This document shows, in pieces, positions 25,221 to 38,922 of a stretch of 64,000 bases of DNA. The first letter of the stretch is position 1; each line of letters starts with the position of its first letter. Origin of the DNA: Octopus sinensis (taxonomy: Eukaryota); NCBI RefSeq assembly GCF_006345805.1, contig NC_043001.1, positions 17,174,001 to 17,238,000 on the forward strand, read 5' to 3'. Under the pieces are notes generated by a model. The model was not told the DNA's origin. It worked only from the letters and a program-made list of their open reading frames with translations, and ran no database searches. The position numbers and the translations under genes were made by a program.

Positions 25221-25790
25221 ATATGTATATATGTATGTATGTATGTATATATGTATGTATGTATGAATGTATGTATGTATGTATTTATGTATGTACGTAT
25301 ATATGTATGTATGTATGAATGTATGTATGTATGTATGTATGTATGTATGTATGTATGTATGTGTGTGTATGTAATGTATGTATGTATGTATGTATGTACG
25401 TATGTATGTATGTGTGTGTATGTATGTATGTATGTATGTATGTAATGTATGTATGTATGAATGTATGTATGTATGTATGTATGTATGTATGAATGTATGT
25501 ATGTATGTATGTATATATGTATGTATGTATTTATGTATGTAAGTATGTATGTATGAATGTATATATGTATGTATGTATGTATGTATTTATGTATGTAAGT
25601 ATTTATGTATGTATGTATGTATACATGTATTTATGTATGTATGTATTAATGAATGTATGTACGTATGAATGTATTTATGTATGTATATATGTATGTATGC
25701 ATGATTGTATGAGTGTATGTGTCTACGAATGTACGCATGTATGCATGTATGTCCCTACGTATGTATGACTGTATGTATATATGTTTGGAT
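24808..25790 (+). mobile_element. SINE-B 5' half running into an (ATGT)n array of about 800 bp
   Basis: Head at about 24810; array 24975-25790. Confidence 0.85.
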
Positions 25791-26019
25791 GTATGGTACT
25801 TTTTGGTTATCTCACTCCCATTAAAAATTGGGCTTTCTCCCCTAACTAAAAACATTGTTTAATTCACAATAAAACAAAACCATAAATGAAAAAAATAATA
25901 AACATGAAAAGTGGAAAGATAAAACAATTATTGAATCTGATAATATTTTTATAACAAATCATAGAAAACTGAAAAAAAAATTTTAAAACATTAAAACTGA
26001 AATGATTAAATATCTTGAA

Positions 26020-26549
26020 TCTCTTTTAGTCTTTTACTTGTTTCAGTCATTTGACTGCGGCCATGCTGGAGCACCGCCTTAAGTGGAGCAAATCGACCCC
26101 AGGACTTGATTCTTTGTAAGCCTAGTACTCATTCTATCGGTCACTTTTTCCGAACCGCTAAGTTACGGGGACGTAAACACACCAGCATCGGTTGTCAAGC
26201 GATGTTTGGGGGGGGGGGACAAACACAGACACACAAACACACACACACACACATATATATATATCAGTAAAAACTCAATGATAAAATCTACAGTCAGAGA
26301 GTGAATTTACTACTATCATGTTCTTGAGAATGAAACCAACCTCTCTGTCTATATATCTACCCTCTTTATAATGTTGGCAAATGAAATAGATATAAGAATG
26401 TGCGTTGTCCGTCTGATTGCAAAATTCTATAAGTGGCTGAAGATTGCTCGACGTTTTAAAGCTGATGTAATACTTACTGTGTTTAATAAAATGAAGTAGC
26501 ATGAAACGATTGTACTACTCTACCTCGGATATAATTGTTGCTTATTTTG

Positions 26550-26580
<31 letters not shown>

Positions 26581-26740
26581 TATATACGGTAGGCTTCTTT
26601 CAGTTTCCGTCTGCCAGATCCATTCACAAGGCTTTGGTCGGCCCGAGGCTATAGTAGAAGACAGTTGCCCAACGTGCCACGCAGTGGGACTGAATCCGGA
26701 ACCATGTGGTTTGTAAGCAAGCTACTTACCACACAGCCTA
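26020..26740 (-). mobile_element. SINE-B with about 285 bp of unrelated sequence inside its internal microsatellite
   Basis: Tail 26020-26260, insert about 26265-26549, head 26585-26740. Confidence 0.8.
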
Positions 26741-26954
26741 TACATCTAATAACATTTTTATAACAAATCATACCATGCTTATTGATGAAGCGAGAAGTCA
26801 ACAATATGTTGAAGTATTGAATCAAAAGGATCTAACCCTTTTAATCCAGTCTCTTATTTTCACATAAACTCAACTTTTTAGTGGGAAGATAACTAAATTT
26901 TTTAATAGCAATTTTTTAACGGGGGTAAGATAATCAAAAAGTATCGGATGTTTG

Positions 26955-27028
26955 TACATACATATGTATGTATATCTGCATGCATGCATGTATGTATGTA
27001 TGTATTCTATATGTATGTATGTAGGTAG

Positions 27029-27059
<31 letters not shown>

Positions 27060-27333
27060 TGTAGGTAGGTAGGTATGTATGTATGTATGTATGTATGTAT
27101 GTATGTGTGTGTATGTATGTATTATATATGTATGTATGTATTTATGTGTGTATGTATGTGTGTGTATATGTATGTATGTATGTGTATGTATGTGTGTGAA
27201 CGTATGTATGTATGTATGTAGGTATGTATGTATGTATGTGTGTATGTGTGTGTGTATGTATGTATGTCTGCATATATGTATGTCTGCATGTATGTATGTA
27301 TGTATGTTGTATGTATGTATGTATATGTGTGTG

Positions 27334-27365
<32 letters not shown>

Positions 27366-27675
27366 TGTATGTATGTATGTATGTATGTATGTATGTATAT
27401 ATGTATGTATGTATGTGCGTATGTATGTATGTGTTGCAGTGTTTGTTCCCTACACAAATAAAACGAAATGAAAGCAAAAAATCGAATGCTTAACTTTTTC
27501 TGTTCCTGGCGAAAAAATATGGAGCGCATCTTTTGTTGATCTTACCATAACGAAACGGTAAACTATGTGTGTGTGTGTGGTGTGTGTGTGTGTGTTGGTG
27601 TGTGTGTGTTGTGTGTGTGTGTGTGGTGTGTGTGTGTGTGTGTTGTGTGTGTGTGTGAGTGAGTGTGTGTGTGTT

Positions 27676-27716
<41 letters not shown>

Positions 27717-27722
27717 GTGCGT
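26955..27722. repeat. (ATGT)n array (26955-27435) and (TG)n array (27565-27722)
   Basis: Direct reading. Confidence 0.95.
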
Positions 27723-27846
27723 GTTATTCTTAAACCAGAATGTTATTGACAGCGACTCCAGAATTTTTGCCATCAAAACCAACAATTGTTTAAATGGCCG
27801 AAATTAATGTTATTATTATTATCATTATTATCACTATTATTATTAT

Positions 27847-28390
27847 GGCAGTGCATGCCATCAAAGTGACACTGGGGTAAAATATACGTCTGATAAGGGT
27901 ACACCAGGCACATGCATCACAATCATACGTGCGCGACATGATGATCTCATATCAAGATAAACAGCACATGACCTTGTAGGTGGGGCCCAGTTAGAATTTT
28001 CTTCTGGTCGAGTAGCCCATCCCGCTCGAAAGGTCCCTGAATAAGGGTTGTTTAAGGATGTTGAACGAAACACCCATGTTTCCAGAGGTGAATTATTCAA
28101 GGTTCAAAGAATCCCTCTTAACACATGGCTATGATGCTCCCCCACTACTTCTGCTCGTGATCAGAGATGCACATATCGTCAGCCACCAAGGTACATGGCC
28201 AACTGGTTAAGGTCAAACAACTGACAAGCAAATCTGTAGCATTGAGCCGAATATTTGCTGTAGCCCATCTTTTAAATATTCTGCTCAGTACTACAGATTT
28301 GCTTGTCAGTTATTTGACCTTAACCAGTTGAGCATGTCCCTTAGTGACTGAGCTTGCTTATGTGCATCTCTGATCGCGAGCAGAAGTAGT

Positions 28391-28391
<1 letters not shown>
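27847..28391 (-). mobile_element. Element D (LINE 3' region in (AAT)n) with snap-back inverted duplication
   Basis: Matches 30481-30969 and 33345-33848; arms 28143-28256 and 28274-28391. Confidence 0.85.
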
Positions 28392-28437
<46 letters not shown>

Positions 28438-28764
28438 TTATTATTATTATTATTATTATCAATTCCTAAAAATAAAACTGAACATAATTTTTGTCGTAGC
28501 AAGGAAAACTGTATCAGAACCGAGTCGAAAATAATCTGGCAGAAAATTAACAGATTCCTGCTATTTTGTTTTTATGTTCGAGAAAAATATTTAATTCCGC
28601 GTGTATCTATTTCTCTAAGTAATCGAAATGCTAATCTTGTCTCGAAACGCCAAGATCCAGGGGGTGGCTGTTGTTTATCTTGATTTCCCTTGCTTTAAAT
28701 TGTTGAAAAAAAAATCTCTTTGAGATGCTGTGAATATAGTTCCTCGTTGAGTCTTCAGACATAC

Positions 28765-29139
28765 TGTTGTTGCTGCTGTTGTTGTTGCTGTTGAGCGAAG
28801 CGGTTTTCGTCCCAGTAGTGGGAGAAGTCCGAAACGTGGTCCTTTGCTATTCGTAAGACCCGCAGAAGAGAAAGCAGGTCAACCCCTGACACCGAGAGCA
28901 TCGACGGATGGATGAATGCGCATCCAGGCTCAGCGGTTGTGTAGGAAGTCGGGGACAAGAAAGAGAAAGGAAGTTGGAGCGAAAGAGTACAAGAGGGGTC
29001 ACCACCACCCCCTGCAGGAGCCTCGTGGAGCTTTAGGTATTTTCGCTCAATAAACACACACAACGCCGGGTCTGGGAATCGAAACCACGATCCTCCGACC
29101 GCGAGCCCGCTGCTCTAATCATTGGGCCATTGCGCCTCC
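28765..29139 (-). mobile_element. SINE-A, tail type 3
   Basis: Tail shared with 31470-31882. Confidence 0.88.
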
Positions 29140-29544
29140 ACTGTTGTTGCTGCTGACAATGATGATCACAATGACGACAACGATGACGACGATGATGATG
29201 ATGACTGTAGTTAGCGTGATGGTGTTGATAGTGGTGGTGGTGGTGGTGGTGGTGTGATAATGATAATGACAACGGCAATTCCTGAAATATATTATAAGCA
29301 CCTGCTGACCTACTTAGAGTATGTGTGGTCGTTGACCTGCTAGATACAGCACATAAATCCCCTTAAAGTATGGTCCCGCTTACTTAACAATGTAGTCCTA
29401 TATGAAGGACGTGCCGCCTGGGCAGGCAAGTTAGGCGGAGCCTACACCTGGATAAAAATAGATCAATAATAACATTTTCCATTTGGGGCAAAACATTCAC
29501 CTAATTCAATAAAATTATGAAGGTTACGCTGATTACACTCTTAC

Positions 29545-29838
29545 TATTTTACTTGTTTCAGTCATTTGACTGTGACTATGCTGGAGCACCGCCTTTTAGT
29601 CGAGCAAATCGACCCCAGGACTTATTCTGTGTAAGCCTAGTAACTTACTTATAAGCTACGGGGACGTAAACACACCAGCATCGATTATCAAGCGATGGTG
29701 GAGGGGGGACAAACACAGAAAACACAAATATATACACACACACATACATACATACATAATACATACATACATACAAGCTCACATAAGATACTACATACAC
29801 ACACATACACACACACATATATATATATAATATATATA

Positions 29839-29889
<51 letters not shown>

Positions 29890-30200
29890 ATATATATGTA
29901 TTTAAGGCGGCGAGCCGGCAGAAACGTTAGCACGCCGGGCGAAATGCGTAGCCGTATTTCGTCTGCCGTTACGTTCTGAGTTCAAATTCCGCCGAGGTCG
30001 ACTTTGCCATTTACCTATTCGGGGTCGATAAATTAAGTACCAGTTACGCACTGGTGTCGATGTAATCGACGTAATCTGTTTGTCTGTCCTTGTTTGTCCC
30101 CTCTGTGTTTAGCCCCTTGAGGGTAGTAAAGAAATATATATATATACGTATATACGACGGGCTTCTTTCAGTTTCCGTTTACCAAGTCCACTCACAAGGA
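29545..30200 (-). mobile_element. SINE-B with a nested plus-strand SINE-C (29905-30134) in its (TA)n
   Basis: B tail at 29545, C monomer, B head remnant at 30158-30200. Confidence 0.85.
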
Positions 30201-30441
30201 TGAGCCACTTAGAAACTAACATGGATTCTTATGGCGCAGGGGCTCACTTGCCATCGGGCAAGCTGGCAACCTGGCAGTCCGCCACTGAATATATACATGT
30301 TCATATATATGTTTGTATATATGTTTATATATGTATATATACAGAGGCATTTGTTTTTATGTTCACCTGTAATAAAAACAAATTTACATTAAGCTAAAGG
30401 GTCACTCTGTATTAGTGTAGAGTACAAATTCATTATTCTCA

Positions 30442-30480
<39 letters not shown>

Positions 30481-30969
30481 TTTTTTTGTTTGTTTTGTCT
30501 TAGTATAAAAGATGGGCTACAGCAAATATTCTGCTCAATACACAGATTTGCTTGTCAGTTGTTTGACCTTAACCAGTTGAGCATGTCCCTTAGTGGCTGA
30601 TGATATGTGCATCTTTGATCACGAGCAGAAGTAGTGGGGGAGCATCATAACCATATGTTGAAAGGAATTCTTTGGGGCTTGAATAATTCACCTCTGGAAA
30701 CATGGGCGTTTCGTTCAACATCCTTAAACAACCCTTATTCAGGGACCTTTCGAGCGGGATGGGCTACTCGACCAGAAAAAAATTCTAACTGGCCCCACCT
30801 GCAAGGTCATGTGCGGTTTATCTTGATATAAGATCACCATGTTGCTCACATATAGTTGTGATGCATGTGCCTAGTGTACCCTTATCAGACGGGTAGTCAT
30901 AATGGGTATACTGGGCTTCGTATATTTTACCCCAGTGTCACTTTGATGGCATGCACTACTCTCGCGCTC
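30481..30969 (+). mobile_element. Element D flanked on both sides by (AAT)n
   Basis: (AAT)n at 30442-30480 and 30970-31001. Confidence 0.85.
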
Positions 30970-31000
<31 letters not shown>

Positions 31001-31469
31001 GAGTTACAAACAGTTAAAATTGCTATATTAGCCAATTGGTAGCCTCTCTTACCGAACATATGGAAGTCGTGGTTGTTTGTCCTCATGGGAACCTTTACGG
31101 AACCTGTACGGTGTTTCTCGACCTGCTAGAAATAGCAGCCAAATCTCCCTTAAACTACACCATAATATTAAAAGAAGAAAACAGAAAGGGCAACGCATTG
31201 CGCAACAGCATGATATATTTCCTGGTTTGAGGCAGACGCAAGTGCTTCCCACTTTTTGAAAGTTACTCATAACATTCATATTAAAGTCAATCTCTACGGA
31301 TGTAATCTTGCATGGAGCTCACAACCCTTAAAACACTGAGACTCACAGATCGATGTTTTCTTATGATAAAAGTGGAAACAAACTTTACAAGAAGGTAGCG
31401 GTGTGTAGCCACCAATTTTGTTATTGTATGAAGTATAGTGTTGTTGTTGTTGATATTGCTGCTGCTGCT

Positions 31470-31882
31470 TGTTTGTTTGTTTGTTTGTTTGTTGGTTGAG
31501 TGAAGCGGTCTTCATCCCAGAGCTCGCAAGATCGCGCCTCCTGTAGTGGGAGAAGTCTGCAACGAGGTCCTTTGCTCTTGGTAAGACCCGCAGAGGAGAA
31601 AGCAGGTCAAACCACGACACCGAGAGCATCGGCGGATCGATGAATGTGCATCCAGGCTCAGCGGTTGCGTAGGAAGTCGGGGACAAGAAAGAGGAAGAAA
31701 GGGTGAGAGAAAGTTGGAGCGAAAGAGTACAACAGGGGTCGCCACCCCCACCCCTCAGCCGGAGCCTCGTGGAGCTTTGGGTGTTTTCGCTCAATAGACA
31801 CACACGACGCCCGGTCTAGGAATTGAAACCGCGATCCTCCGACCGCGAGTCCGCTGCCCTAACCATTGGGCCATTGCGCCTC
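31470..31882 (-). mobile_element. SINE-A, tail type 3
   Basis: As 28765-29139. Confidence 0.88.
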
Positions 31883-32292
31883 TACTTGCTGCTACTGCTG
31901 CTGCTGTTGATGAAGATAATGATGATGATGAGGAGGAGGAGGAAGGGAGGGGGTAGCAGGGGAGGGGAGGGGAGGAGGAGGAGGAGGAGGAGGAAGAGGA
32001 GGGAGACGAGGAGGAGGAGGATGACGGTGAAAAAATGAACGGCATTTTTGCTGTCATCATGCAAAAACAACATCAGAACTCCATTAAAAAATAATAATAA
32101 TAATAATCTGGGAGTAATTTAGCAGGATCCATGCTATTTTATTTATTTATTTTATTTATTTATTGAGAAAAAAAAACTTAATTTCACGTGTATCAATTTA
32201 TCTAAGCAGTCGAAACGCTAATTCTGCCTCGAAACACAAAGATCCAGGGGGCGCTGGTGTTTATATTCAGTTTCCTAGCTTTAAACTCTATA

Positions 32293-32619
32293 CTCTCTTT
32301 TACTCTATTTTTACTCCTTTACTTGTTTCAGTCATTTGACTGTGGCCATGCTGGAGCACCGCTTTTAGACGGAGACATCGACCCCAGGACTTATTCTTTG
32401 TATGCCTAGTACTTATTCTTCCGGTCTCTTTTGCCGAACCGCTGAGTTACGGGGACGTAAACACACCAGCATCGGTTGTCAAGCGATGTTGGTGGGGACA
32501 AACACAGACACACAAACATACACAGACACACACACGCACACACACACATACACACGCAAACACATACACACACACACATACACACGCAAACACATACACA
32601 CACACACATACACACGCAA

Positions 32620-32695
<76 letters not shown>

Positions 32696-32851
32696 GATGG
32701 GTTCTTTCAGTTTCCGTCTACCAAATCCACTCACAAGACTTGGGTCGGCCCGAGGATATAGTAGAAGACACTTGACCAAAGTGCCGCGCAGTGGGACTGA
32801 ACCCGGAACCATGTGGTTCGTAAGCAAGCTACTTACCACACAGCCACTCCT
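32293..32851 (-). mobile_element. Full SINE-B with expanded internal (CA)/(TA) repeat
   Basis: Head, internal microsatellite and (GAGTAAAA)-type tail all present. Confidence 0.92.
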
Positions 32852-33267
32852 ACGCCTTTCTCTAAATAATTAATGCAATTTTCATCAGCATGCAAAACAA
32901 TATTGCAACTACATATTTTTGAAAATGATCTGGGAAAAAAAATTTAGAAAAACTTCAAGTGTCTGGAAGAAATTTCCCAAGATCCAACAGCAGCTCTGGA
33001 ATTGAACGCATAAGCCGGTGGTCCATTACATTCTGCTCATCTTTTACATCAAGACAAAACATGTACATGTTAACAGTTCTAATCAGTTAAGATCAGAGGC
33101 GATGGGAACCTCTGCCTGGTATTGCATGAGGGCATTTGCCGAACTCGACCTTACCGTTCGTCCTCCTGGGGCTAATAAAGTAATAAACAGCTGAACACCA
33201 AGGTCCTAGTAATCGATTCATCCCTCCACCAAAATCGCTTCCCTTGTGGCAAAATTTGAAACCTTTA

Positions 33268-33320
<53 letters not shown>

Positions 33321-33344
33321 TATTATTATTATTATTATTGTTAG

Positions 33345-33847
33345 AGAGAGTGAGAGAGCAGTTCATGCCATCAAAGTGACGCTGGGGTAAAATATACGAA
33401 GCCCAATATACCCATCAATGACTACCCGTCTGATAAGGGTACACCAGGCACATGCATCACAACCATATGTGCGCGACATGGTGATCTCATATCAAGATAA
33501 ACAGCACATGACTTGCAGTGGGGCCCAGTTAGAATTTTCTTCAGGTTGAGTAGCCCATCCCGCTCAAACGGTCCCTGAATAAGGGTTGTTTAAGGATGTT
33601 GAACGAAACACCATGTTTCCAGCGGTGAATTATTCAAATCCCAAAGAATCCCTCTCAACACATGGCTATGATGCTCCCCCACTACTTCTGCTCATGATCA
33701 GAGATGCACATATCGTCAGCCACCAAGGGACATGCTCAACTGGTTAAGGTCAAACAACTGACAAGCAAATCTGTGGTATTGAGCAGAATATTTGCTGTAG
33801 CCCATCTCTTATACCAAGACAAAACAATGTACATGATAACACTTCCA

Positions 33848-33848
<1 letters not shown>
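33345..33848 (-). mobile_element. Element D flanked on both sides by (ATT)n
   Basis: (ATT)n at 33275-33339 and 33849-33880. Confidence 0.88.
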
Positions 33849-33944
<96 letters not shown>

Positions 33945-34019
33945 TTGCTTTTGCACAGCTTCTAACGCTGGAGATGTACTACGGTGTCAGCTGTTCACTA
34001 CCAGTGAACTAAGGTACAC

Positions 34020-34560
34020 CTCTTATTTTTCGAGCAACTTCCGGAGTATTCGAGCGGTTCCAAGCAGTACCATTTTCTGATGAATGTTCTATGTGAAGGA
34101 CCAAGTTCTGTCGACAATGTACAAGTGATTGTGCTTGATTGTTATTCAACCATTTCAAGCGAGGCCTCATCTACCACGACAGGTCCCCCTGATCTTGGTT
34201 TGTCTTCGAGGTAGGTGTAGGTGTCACCTTCCTTGAAACGCCTGAACCATTTTTGTGCCCCACATTCGCTGATAGTTCTTGGGTCTTCCACATCACCAGT
34301 TTCTTTTGCAGCTAACCTTGCAATCAGTCCTCTTTTCAAAATAAGGGAGCATAAAATAGTTCTAATCACAGCCTTTTCATCACTCATTACCATAGCTGCG
34401 AAGTAAAGAACAAACAAATAATGTTTATATGCTGTACAGGAAAACAAAGAATAAACAACTCAGCGACGATCGGAAAACAAATTGTGTCAAATTAACGATG
34501 CAACAAATTGCCAAAATCATCAGTGAAAATCCGAAAAAACTTTTGACTCAACCTGATGTA
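34020..34560 (-). pseudogene. Mariner 5' part (HTH region) relic
   Basis: GAQKWFRRFKEGD..LEDKPRSGGP; TA-CATCAGGTTGAGTCAAAAG terminus at about 34560. Confidence 0.85.
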
Positions 34561-35236
34561 GCATTTGCGACAACAGGAAGTATGTATTTCTTTTCTCTTC
34601 TGATCTATTCTAGTCTTGTGTAGGAGTATTTGTTTTTAATTCTGTAAGCCAAATTATTCGCCAGATTCCATTTAGTTTGGCACTTAAGCCAGAGTGATTC
34701 TTGTATAATTCTTTTCTCACGGTTCACTAATGTCACCCACATATTTCCTTTTGTACAATAACGATTTGTTCTTCGTTAGTGCAGCCAGAAATATGCCTAT
34801 GGTGAAGCGGTTACGTTATACTGCTCTTTATCATCCGCACATAAGCGCCCTACAAACAATCTATACACATTTTGTAAAAACTGCACATGTTCTACGAACA
34901 AAGACTTTGACGATTCTTTTGTATGGTTACAATATCATGATGTCATCTAATAGTTCCACACGGAGAGACACAGTCATTCTGACTAGATAAATGCTTCATA
35001 GCCGAGCAGTTATTTATCAATGCATTGTAAAATTGCTCACAGGCATTAGAGTTTTGCACAGATATCTAACCAAAGCTACCACGAAACAAAGATCCTATTC
35101 AGGACAACATGTAAAGAAAAAATAAAAGGTAGTTCAGCTGAGAGGCAAACCAGTACACCGTCAACACACTACAACCTTTAGCTTACTAACATATTATATA
35201 TCTCTGTATATTTCTTCTACTGCAACTTGTAAAAAG

Positions 35237-36500
35237 TAAGCTGAATAAAAAGTAAGCAACGTTTTGAACCTTGAAGAATTTGTACCGGATTTTTGCAGAG
35301 TTTTGAATATTTTTAAAACATTTTCTTTTTGAAATTGTCTGATAATACAGACATAGACTTTCCCAAATGCATCAATAAATTAACATTGATATCTTTTTCA
35401 CCGTTGTTACAATCATATGAATTGGAAATGTCAAAGCGCGATATTCGAGAAATTTTGCTAATCAACTTCAAAAAAGGACGTAAAGCAGCTGAAACTGCTC
35501 GGAATATCAACGAAACGTTTGGTGACGAAATGATCAGTGAGTGGTCAGCTCGAAAATGGTTTAAACGTTTTCGCAGTGGAGGCCTGAGCCTTGAAGATTG
35601 TGAGCATAGTGGACGCCCATCTGTCATCGATGACGGTCAATTAAAGACCGTCATTGAGAAAGATTCACGTAAAACATCTCAAGAACTGGCAAAAGAACTT
35701 CAAGTTAGCCAGAAAACTGCCTGCAACTATTTGCATGCGATCGGAAAATCAAAAAGCTCGACAAATGGGTACCACACGATTTGAATGAAAATCAGTAAAT
35801 GTGCAGATATGAAATTTGCACGTCACTTCTTTTCGTAACCAGACCAATCCATTTCTCGACCGTATTGTAACTTGCGATGAAAATTGGATTCTGTACAATA
35901 ATGAAAAACGTTCTTCGCAGTGATTGGACCTAAATAAAGCACCGAAAACCCCCTTAAATCCGAGCTCTTCCAAAAGGTTATGGTGATTGTTTGGTGGTGT
36001 ACTGCTGGACTTATCCACTATAACTTCTTAAAAACCGGAAAAACCATTATTGCAGAAACAGAGTCATGAAATTAACAAAATGAACGAAAAACCGTCACTC
36101 TTTGTCCCAGACAGATCAACAGCAGAGGACCAATCATTCTTCATGACAACGCTCGACCTCAAGTTTCACTAATGACGCCCCAGAAGTTGAGGTAACTTGG
36201 CTACGAAGTTCTTCCCCGTCCAGCTTATTCCCCAGACCACTTTTTCAAGCACCTTGATGGTTTCCTGCGAGAAAAGGAGTTCAAAAAGCAAATCGATGCT
36301 GAAAGTGCGTTCAAAGAGTTCATCAGCTCCAGCATTCCAGATTTCTATGTTACCGGAATAAACAAACTTGTAATTTGGGGCAAAAATGTGTTGATTTGTA
36401 ATGATATTTACTTTGATGGATAAAATTTCCGCATTGTTGAAATAAAACTGTGATGAATTTCATGTTTCAAAACGTTGCTTGCTTTTTACTCAGCCTGATA
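35237..36500 (+). mobile_element. Near full-length defective mariner (about 1.26 kb)
   Basis: Paired TIRs (AGCTGAATAAAAAGTAAGCAACGTTTTGAA and its inverse); motifs WVPHDL, IVTCDEKW, LHDNARP, PAYSPD; stops and frameshifts; third catalytic Asp region deleted. Confidence 0.95.
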
Positions 36501-36539
36501 TATGTACCTCTAATATTTTCATCTTGTGATAAATCAACC

Positions 36540-36830
36540 TTCAGTCATCTCAACGTTAGAGCCTTAGCCGAAGAACAAGCTGTTATGCGTCTACCAGGCA
36601 TGGGAAACCTTAAATCGAAAAGCGAGCTGTATGTGGCATAGCTCATCACGCAGACCGCACTACTAGAAAAATTCATGGAAATTTTTCGTTAGCATGACAT
36701 TCGGGAAGTTCTACAGGCTGCTGTTTGCCCACGACTGCTCTGCATAGTCGTTTGACTAGCTAGAACTAACGATTAGGCCTCTATTGCAATCGTTTGACCT
36801 TTCATAAACATTGGAAGACACAGTATTTGT
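36540..36830 (+). pseudogene. Degenerate RTE-type RT fragment
   Basis: LLFAHDCS resembles LLFADDCA; a downstream relic resembles FGLTINIKKT. Confidence 0.5.
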
Positions 36831-36837
36831 ACACATT

Positions 36838-37226
36838 GTGGAGGCGCAATGGCCCAGTGGTTAGGGCAGCGGACTCGCGGTCATAGGATCGCGGTTTCGA
36901 TTCCCAGACCGGGCGTTGTGAGTGTTTATTGAGTGAAAACACCTAAAAGCTCCACGAGGCTCCGGCAGGGGATGGTGGTGATCCCTGCTGTACTCTTTCA
37001 CCACAACTTTCTCTCACTCTTACTTCCTGTTTCTGTTGTACCTGTATTTCAAGGAGCCGGCCTTGTCATTCTCTGTGTCACGCTGAATATCCCCGAGAAC
37101 TACGTTAAGGGTGCACGTGTCTGTGGAGTGCTAAGCCACTTACACGTTCATTTCACGAGCAGGCTGTTCCGTTGATTCGGATCAACCGGAACCCTCATCG
37201 TCGTAACCGACGGAGTGCTTCCATCC
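36838..37226 (+). mobile_element. SINE-A type 1 with 13-bp TSD
   Basis: ATTTGTACACATT at 36825-36837 and 37227-37239. Confidence 0.95.
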
Positions 37227-37869
37227 ATTTGTACACATTAATTACATTATATGCAAAAACAGAGAAAATCCTATCTGAACACTACTAAAATGCATTCCCT
37301 CATAGGTCTACAAAATACCGCAATAACAGCGATGACAACAGCCATTTGTTCACCGACACAATGTGCTTGCTCTATTATCTTGACTGCTACTATGCGTTCT
37401 CTGATCTTCTGGGCTTGTCGGCTCTGTACAATTTTGCTTCAAACACTAACTCGATACTTCTTTATTTTCTCATCATTACTTCTTTGATGTTTCATTATTA
37501 ATAGAGACTCATTAATCATATATAGTAACAATTAATTTATTAATCTTTAATTGTTTAATATGCGTCCGTTGACCTGTTCTATGATAATTTGAAGATTTCT
37601 TTTCATAAACAAGCTGTTATATATAAAACTGGGACTTGTAAATATACGTGTGAATAAACACATACACTCGCATATGTATACATACATACATACATACATA
37701 CAAACATACATACATACATACATAGAAACAAAAATACCCTACTGTTGATGTTGAAATTCCAATGAAGGAGCCTAGGATTTAGGTTAGAAACCGGTTCTTT
37801 CTCAATTAGCAAGAAAATCTGATATAAACGGAATAATTACATACAAACGTACATAAATACATAAATGTA

Positions 37870-37914
<45 letters not shown>

Positions 37915-37982
37915 ATACACATATATATTATACATACAGACACTCATACATACATATACATGCATTTATAAATGTGTGTGTT

Positions 37983-38046
<64 letters not shown>

Positions 38047-38050
<4 letters not shown>

Positions 38051-38881
38051 GTGCGATGGGTAAATTGTCGTAATTTTATATTTTTATTTTGCACATTCGG
38101 ATTGTTTGTTTTTGACTTTATCGATTACACAATATAGTAAGGTCAGTTGGGCACCGTCTGTGAGAAAACCGGCACCACGACACAATTCACTCTGCCAGAA
38201 ATTTGGAAACGACATGCTGCGCTGCTTGGAATTCGCGCCGGAAGCTCCAACACGGACATTTGAGTGTTTTGGTGTCAATCTGAGGACATGTACTAAGAGT
38301 GATAAAAATCAAACATCCAGTCAACATCATGGTGTTTGGAGTGATCACTAATGATGGTCACGTTATGCCTCCATTCATCTTCCCACACGACCTCAGACTC
38401 AACACGGAGGCCTACATCAAGTGCCTGGAAGAGTTTGTGCTGCCCTGGGTCAAGCAGGTGGCTACTGGAAGACCCTATGTCTAGCATGCCACACAAGCAG
38501 GCGAACCCAGTCACGGCTGTCAGACAATTTCTGCGACCACATCACCCCAAACATCTGGCCACTTAATTCCCAAGACTGCAAACCCTTTGATTATAATGTG
38601 TGAGGCTCGGTTGAGCGAGAGACCAACAAAACTCCTTGTAACACCAAAGATGAACTAAAGACAAGGATTATGGCAGCATTCACCAACTTAAACAAGGAGG
38701 CCGTCTAGAAGAGTTTCAGGAGATTCCGAAGTCGTCTGGAGGCCGAGATTTATTGAATAAATTTAATGTTTCGTATTTCAAGATATTTTTATGTAATTTT
38801 GGTAAATATATCTATTAAAATGAGATGTCAGTGTTATTCCCATTTTTGCGTAATTTAGACGACAGTTTATTCATCGCACCC

Positions 38882-38883
<2 letters not shown>
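38047..38883 (+). mobile_element. Internally deleted maT (DD37D-like) Tc1/mariner element
   Basis: TIRs CAGTGTGCGATGGGTAAATTGTCGT / ACGACAGTTTATTCATCGCACCCTG; peptides IMVFGVIT, CHTSRRTQ, WPLNSQDCKPFDY. Confidence 0.88.
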
Positions 38884-38921
<38 letters not shown>

Positions 38922-38922
38922 T

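Noticed and set aside
27440-27493. LFPTQIKRN resembling the transporter ELFPT motif
   Set aside because: It sits directly after a microsatellite, has no donor site and reaches a stop; likely chance.
30505-30635. HDV-like ribozyme at the 5' side of element D
   Set aside because: P1- and P2-like pairings can be drawn, but P3, P1.1 and the catalytic J4/2 do not fit.
35237-36500. Active mariner transposase gene
   Set aside because: Multiple stops and frameshifts and loss of the third catalytic Asp region.
36838-36915. tRNA genes at SINE heads
   Set aside because: A/B boxes are present, but there is no complete acceptor stem and each continues into a SINE body, often with TSDs.
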